A DNA stretch of 56,923 nucleotides, from the NCBI GenBank assembly GCA_001938485.1, contig MQRK01254986.1, forward strand, positions 1 through 56,923. The letters run 5' to 3'. Numbering within the stretch: the first letter of the stretch is position 1; each line of letters starts with the position of its first letter. Below are positions 55,969-56,923 of the stretch, piece by piece. The notes under the pieces are model-generated. The model worked only from the letters and a program-made list of their open reading frames with translations. It did no database searches and was not told the DNA's origin. The translations under genes were made by a program, and so were the position numbers. The DNA is from Girardia tigrina (Eukaryota).

Positions 55969-56815
55969 ATGATCAAATTGGGAGATGAAATCAGCTGATA
56001 TAACGAAACGGATGATTTTGCAGAATGGGTCGCCAAATTAGAATTCCAGAAGTTGAAGAACTTTGAATCGGTGATGCCGTTGTTCTTGTTCGGTAGAACA
56101 TTCGTCGTGTATAACGGGTTGGCAGAGAGCGTGAAATGAAAGTACTCGGAACTGAAGCGCTCATTGGATAAAGCATTCTGCCTCCATCGAGTAGCGGCGT
56201 TTCGTGAATTAAGCCGTTGGAAGCTAGTGGGCAACAAGTCCGTAGACTTGTTGATAGCGGACGTGAAAAAGGTTAGTGCATGTAATTGGTGGTAATGTTT
56301 GTGGGGAGTGGGTAAAGAGCGCGGATATATTGAGGTTGCCAATGTCAGTGAAGTAGCATATAAAGTCGACTTGTTCGCTGGATGATCGGTCGTCAGCCGA
56401 TATAATAATAATGACACGGTCGATAATTAAATCGGAGCCAGGTATGGTAGAGTGTGATCAAATACGGGGGCAGTGGTTTGATATGGAGATACGAGCGCAA
56501 AGTGACGGTCAACAGGCAAAGAGGACACGATTTATGGGCCACCAAGCCGATAGAAGGTGTTTCAGGTGCGATAAACCGGGGCATATAGATTGTTTTTGTA
56601 GAGTAGAGCGCTACAAGGGTTTCATTTGGAACGACGGAAATCACATGACTGATCGGCGTCAAAATAAAGAGAGAAATCAACCAAAAACGAGTAATAGAAA
56701 GACGAGTAGGCGTTATGCGCAATTTCCTAGTTTTGATGTTGGGTTGCATGGTAAAAAGGTGCGGATGTGTGTGGATTCATGGAGTTCCAGGTCAATTGTT
56801 GTTCGAAGATATTAG
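55969..56815 (+). mobile_element. LTR retrotransposon gag-protease remnant (gypsy-like)
   Basis: DDFAEWVAKLE...PLFLFG gag-like segment, zinc knuckle CFRCDKPGHIDCFC, degenerate protease VDSWSSRSIV. Several stops. Confidence 0.8.
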
Positions 56816-56923
56816 GTTGTTCGATATGAAACGGGTCAAAATTAAAGTAAAATGTAAATCGATTTTTTTTAAATAATAACATTTTATTTTTAATCAAAAT
56901 ATCCCCCCATGTTGTCAACACAC

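Overview
Eukaryotic, very AT-rich, repeat-dense genomic DNA with several N gaps. It is invertebrate; a planarian-like flatworm is my inference from the composition and transposon mix, not proven. The only host gene I can support is the 3' half of a TRPC/TRP-gamma-like cation channel on the + strand. Six GT-AG exons (16182-46130) splice in consistent phase into 526 codons plus stop, covering S4-S5, pore, S6, the TRP box EWKFAR, the coiled coil and the tail. Introns and flanks are filled with decayed transposons: mariner, Tc1/IS630, pogo/Tigger, MULE, a piggyBac MITE, Penelope-like elements, an RLE-type non-LTR element, gypsy and BEL/Pao. The best unexplained signal is a dispersed family of 390-460 bp solo-LTR-like elements (5 complete copies, 1 truncated, 2 divergent candidates). 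They have TGTGA...TAATA ends, 5-bp target-site duplications and a conserved CANATGG core. Each also carries a Cys/Asn-rich reading frame that starts inside the element and leaves its 3' end in a conserved phase. Other signals are a minimal hammerhead ribozyme behind a Penelope endonuclease ORF, a degenerate HDV-like ribozyme candidate, and a tandem array of RFX X-box palindromes. All calls are by eye; no searches were run.
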